This document shows positions 63,438-64,000 of a DNA stretch of 64,000 nucleotides, piece after piece (position 1 is the stretch's first letter; each line of letters opens with the position of its first letter). The stretch is taken from the NCBI GenBank assembly GCA_040437565.1, contig JBDOQK010000068.1, forward strand, positions 62,001-126,000. Reading direction: 5' to 3'. This stretch comes from Albugo candida (lineage: Eukaryota). A model generated the notes under the pieces. It searched no databases, was not told the DNA's origin, and was given only the letters and a program-made list of their open reading frames with translations. The translations under genes and the position numbers were made by a program.

Positions 63438-64000
63438 ATGCTGGCCGCATATTATCGCGTGGCCAAGCGCTCGAACAGATGGCGTAATTATCACCGTGGA
63501 ATCGTTCCCGTTCCTGACCGCGTACAGCAACAGAGGGAGCAGTTGCACGCTCACAAATACGCATCATCGATCAATATCGATGCTCCGGTATTCCAAGTTT
63601 TCGGTAGCAACACCGATGTCGGGAAAACAGTGCTAACAGCGGGTATCTGCCGCTCGGCGATAGAAAATCACAAATATAAAATCACTTATATTAAGCCTAT
63701 ACAGACAGGCACTGATGCCCCAAATAGCGACGCCGCTTTTGTAAAGCGTCACGTCAATCGATCAGAATATTTGCAGTGTGAGACTTTATTCTCATGGAAG
63801 GCGCCAGTGTCACCTCACTTGGCTGCAAAAATCGAGAGTAAACCTCTGTCTGATGAGATTTTGATTCATACGCTCGAAAAACGACTGCAAGCGGTAGATC
63901 TCACCGGCCCGCGTACGAATCACTTGAGACTTGTCGAGACGGCGGGAGGAGTTTGCAGTCCAACTGCGTCATCATCCTGTCAAGCTGATGTGTACAGAGC
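63438..64000 (+). CDS. BIO3-BIO1: Dethiobiotin synthetase domain, probably the bifunctional BIO3-BIO1 enzyme; runs off the window
   Basis: VFGSNTDVGKT P-loop, YIKPIQTG, PVSPHLAA, LVETAGGVCSP, QADVYR; Arg-rich presequence. Confidence 0.88.
   Translation, partial: MLAAYYRVAKRSNRWRNYHRGIVPVPDRVQQQREQLHAHKYASSINIDAPVFQVFGSNTDVGKTVLTAGICRSAIENHKYKITYIKPIQTGTDAPNSDAAFVKRHVNRSEYLQCETLFSWKAPVSPHLAAKIESKPLSDEILIHTLEKRLQAVDLTGPRTNHLRLVETAGGVCSPTASSSCQADVYR

Noticed and set aside
1-64000. CRISPR arrays, rRNA, spliceosomal snRNA genes, intact transposase or reverse transcriptase genes
   Set aside because: None recognised by eye; divergent ncRNAs could be missed without a covariance-model search

Overview
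Eukaryotic, gene-dense DNA with short (about 50-80 nt) spliceosomal introns and 16 scaffold gaps of 100 N. Gene content and compactness point to an oomycete; Albugo-like is my inference and is not proven. About 25 genes are recognisable: ARPC1, SmD3, a TPR protein, a PH-AGC kinase, clathrin light chain, TBP, Sec12/PREB, mitochondrial S18, CBF5, IMP3, tRNA-Ser(GCT), PP2A B56, CDC50, a giant multi-EF-hand protein, EF-hand-TMEM65, cystinosin, an IQ protein, ArfGAP, a TULIP-like/PDZ protein, a GH17 glucanase, dethiobiotin synthetase and several unknown secreted or membrane proteins. Most apparent tandem duplications are unmerged contig overlaps flanking the gaps. Most notable: (1) a textbook AT-AC U12-type minor-spliceosome intron inside SmD3; (2) a secreted purple-acid-phosphatase homolog missing 5 of 7 metal ligands (pseudoenzyme or decoy-effector candidate); (3) a roughly 790-bp intergenic fold-back with inward-facing initiator motifs (hairpin/siRNA locus candidate); (4) a bacterial-looking secreted PPC/DVUA0089-like protein; (5) unusual domain fusions. 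Coordinates and exon boundaries were read by eye and family assignments come from motif recognition, not database searches.
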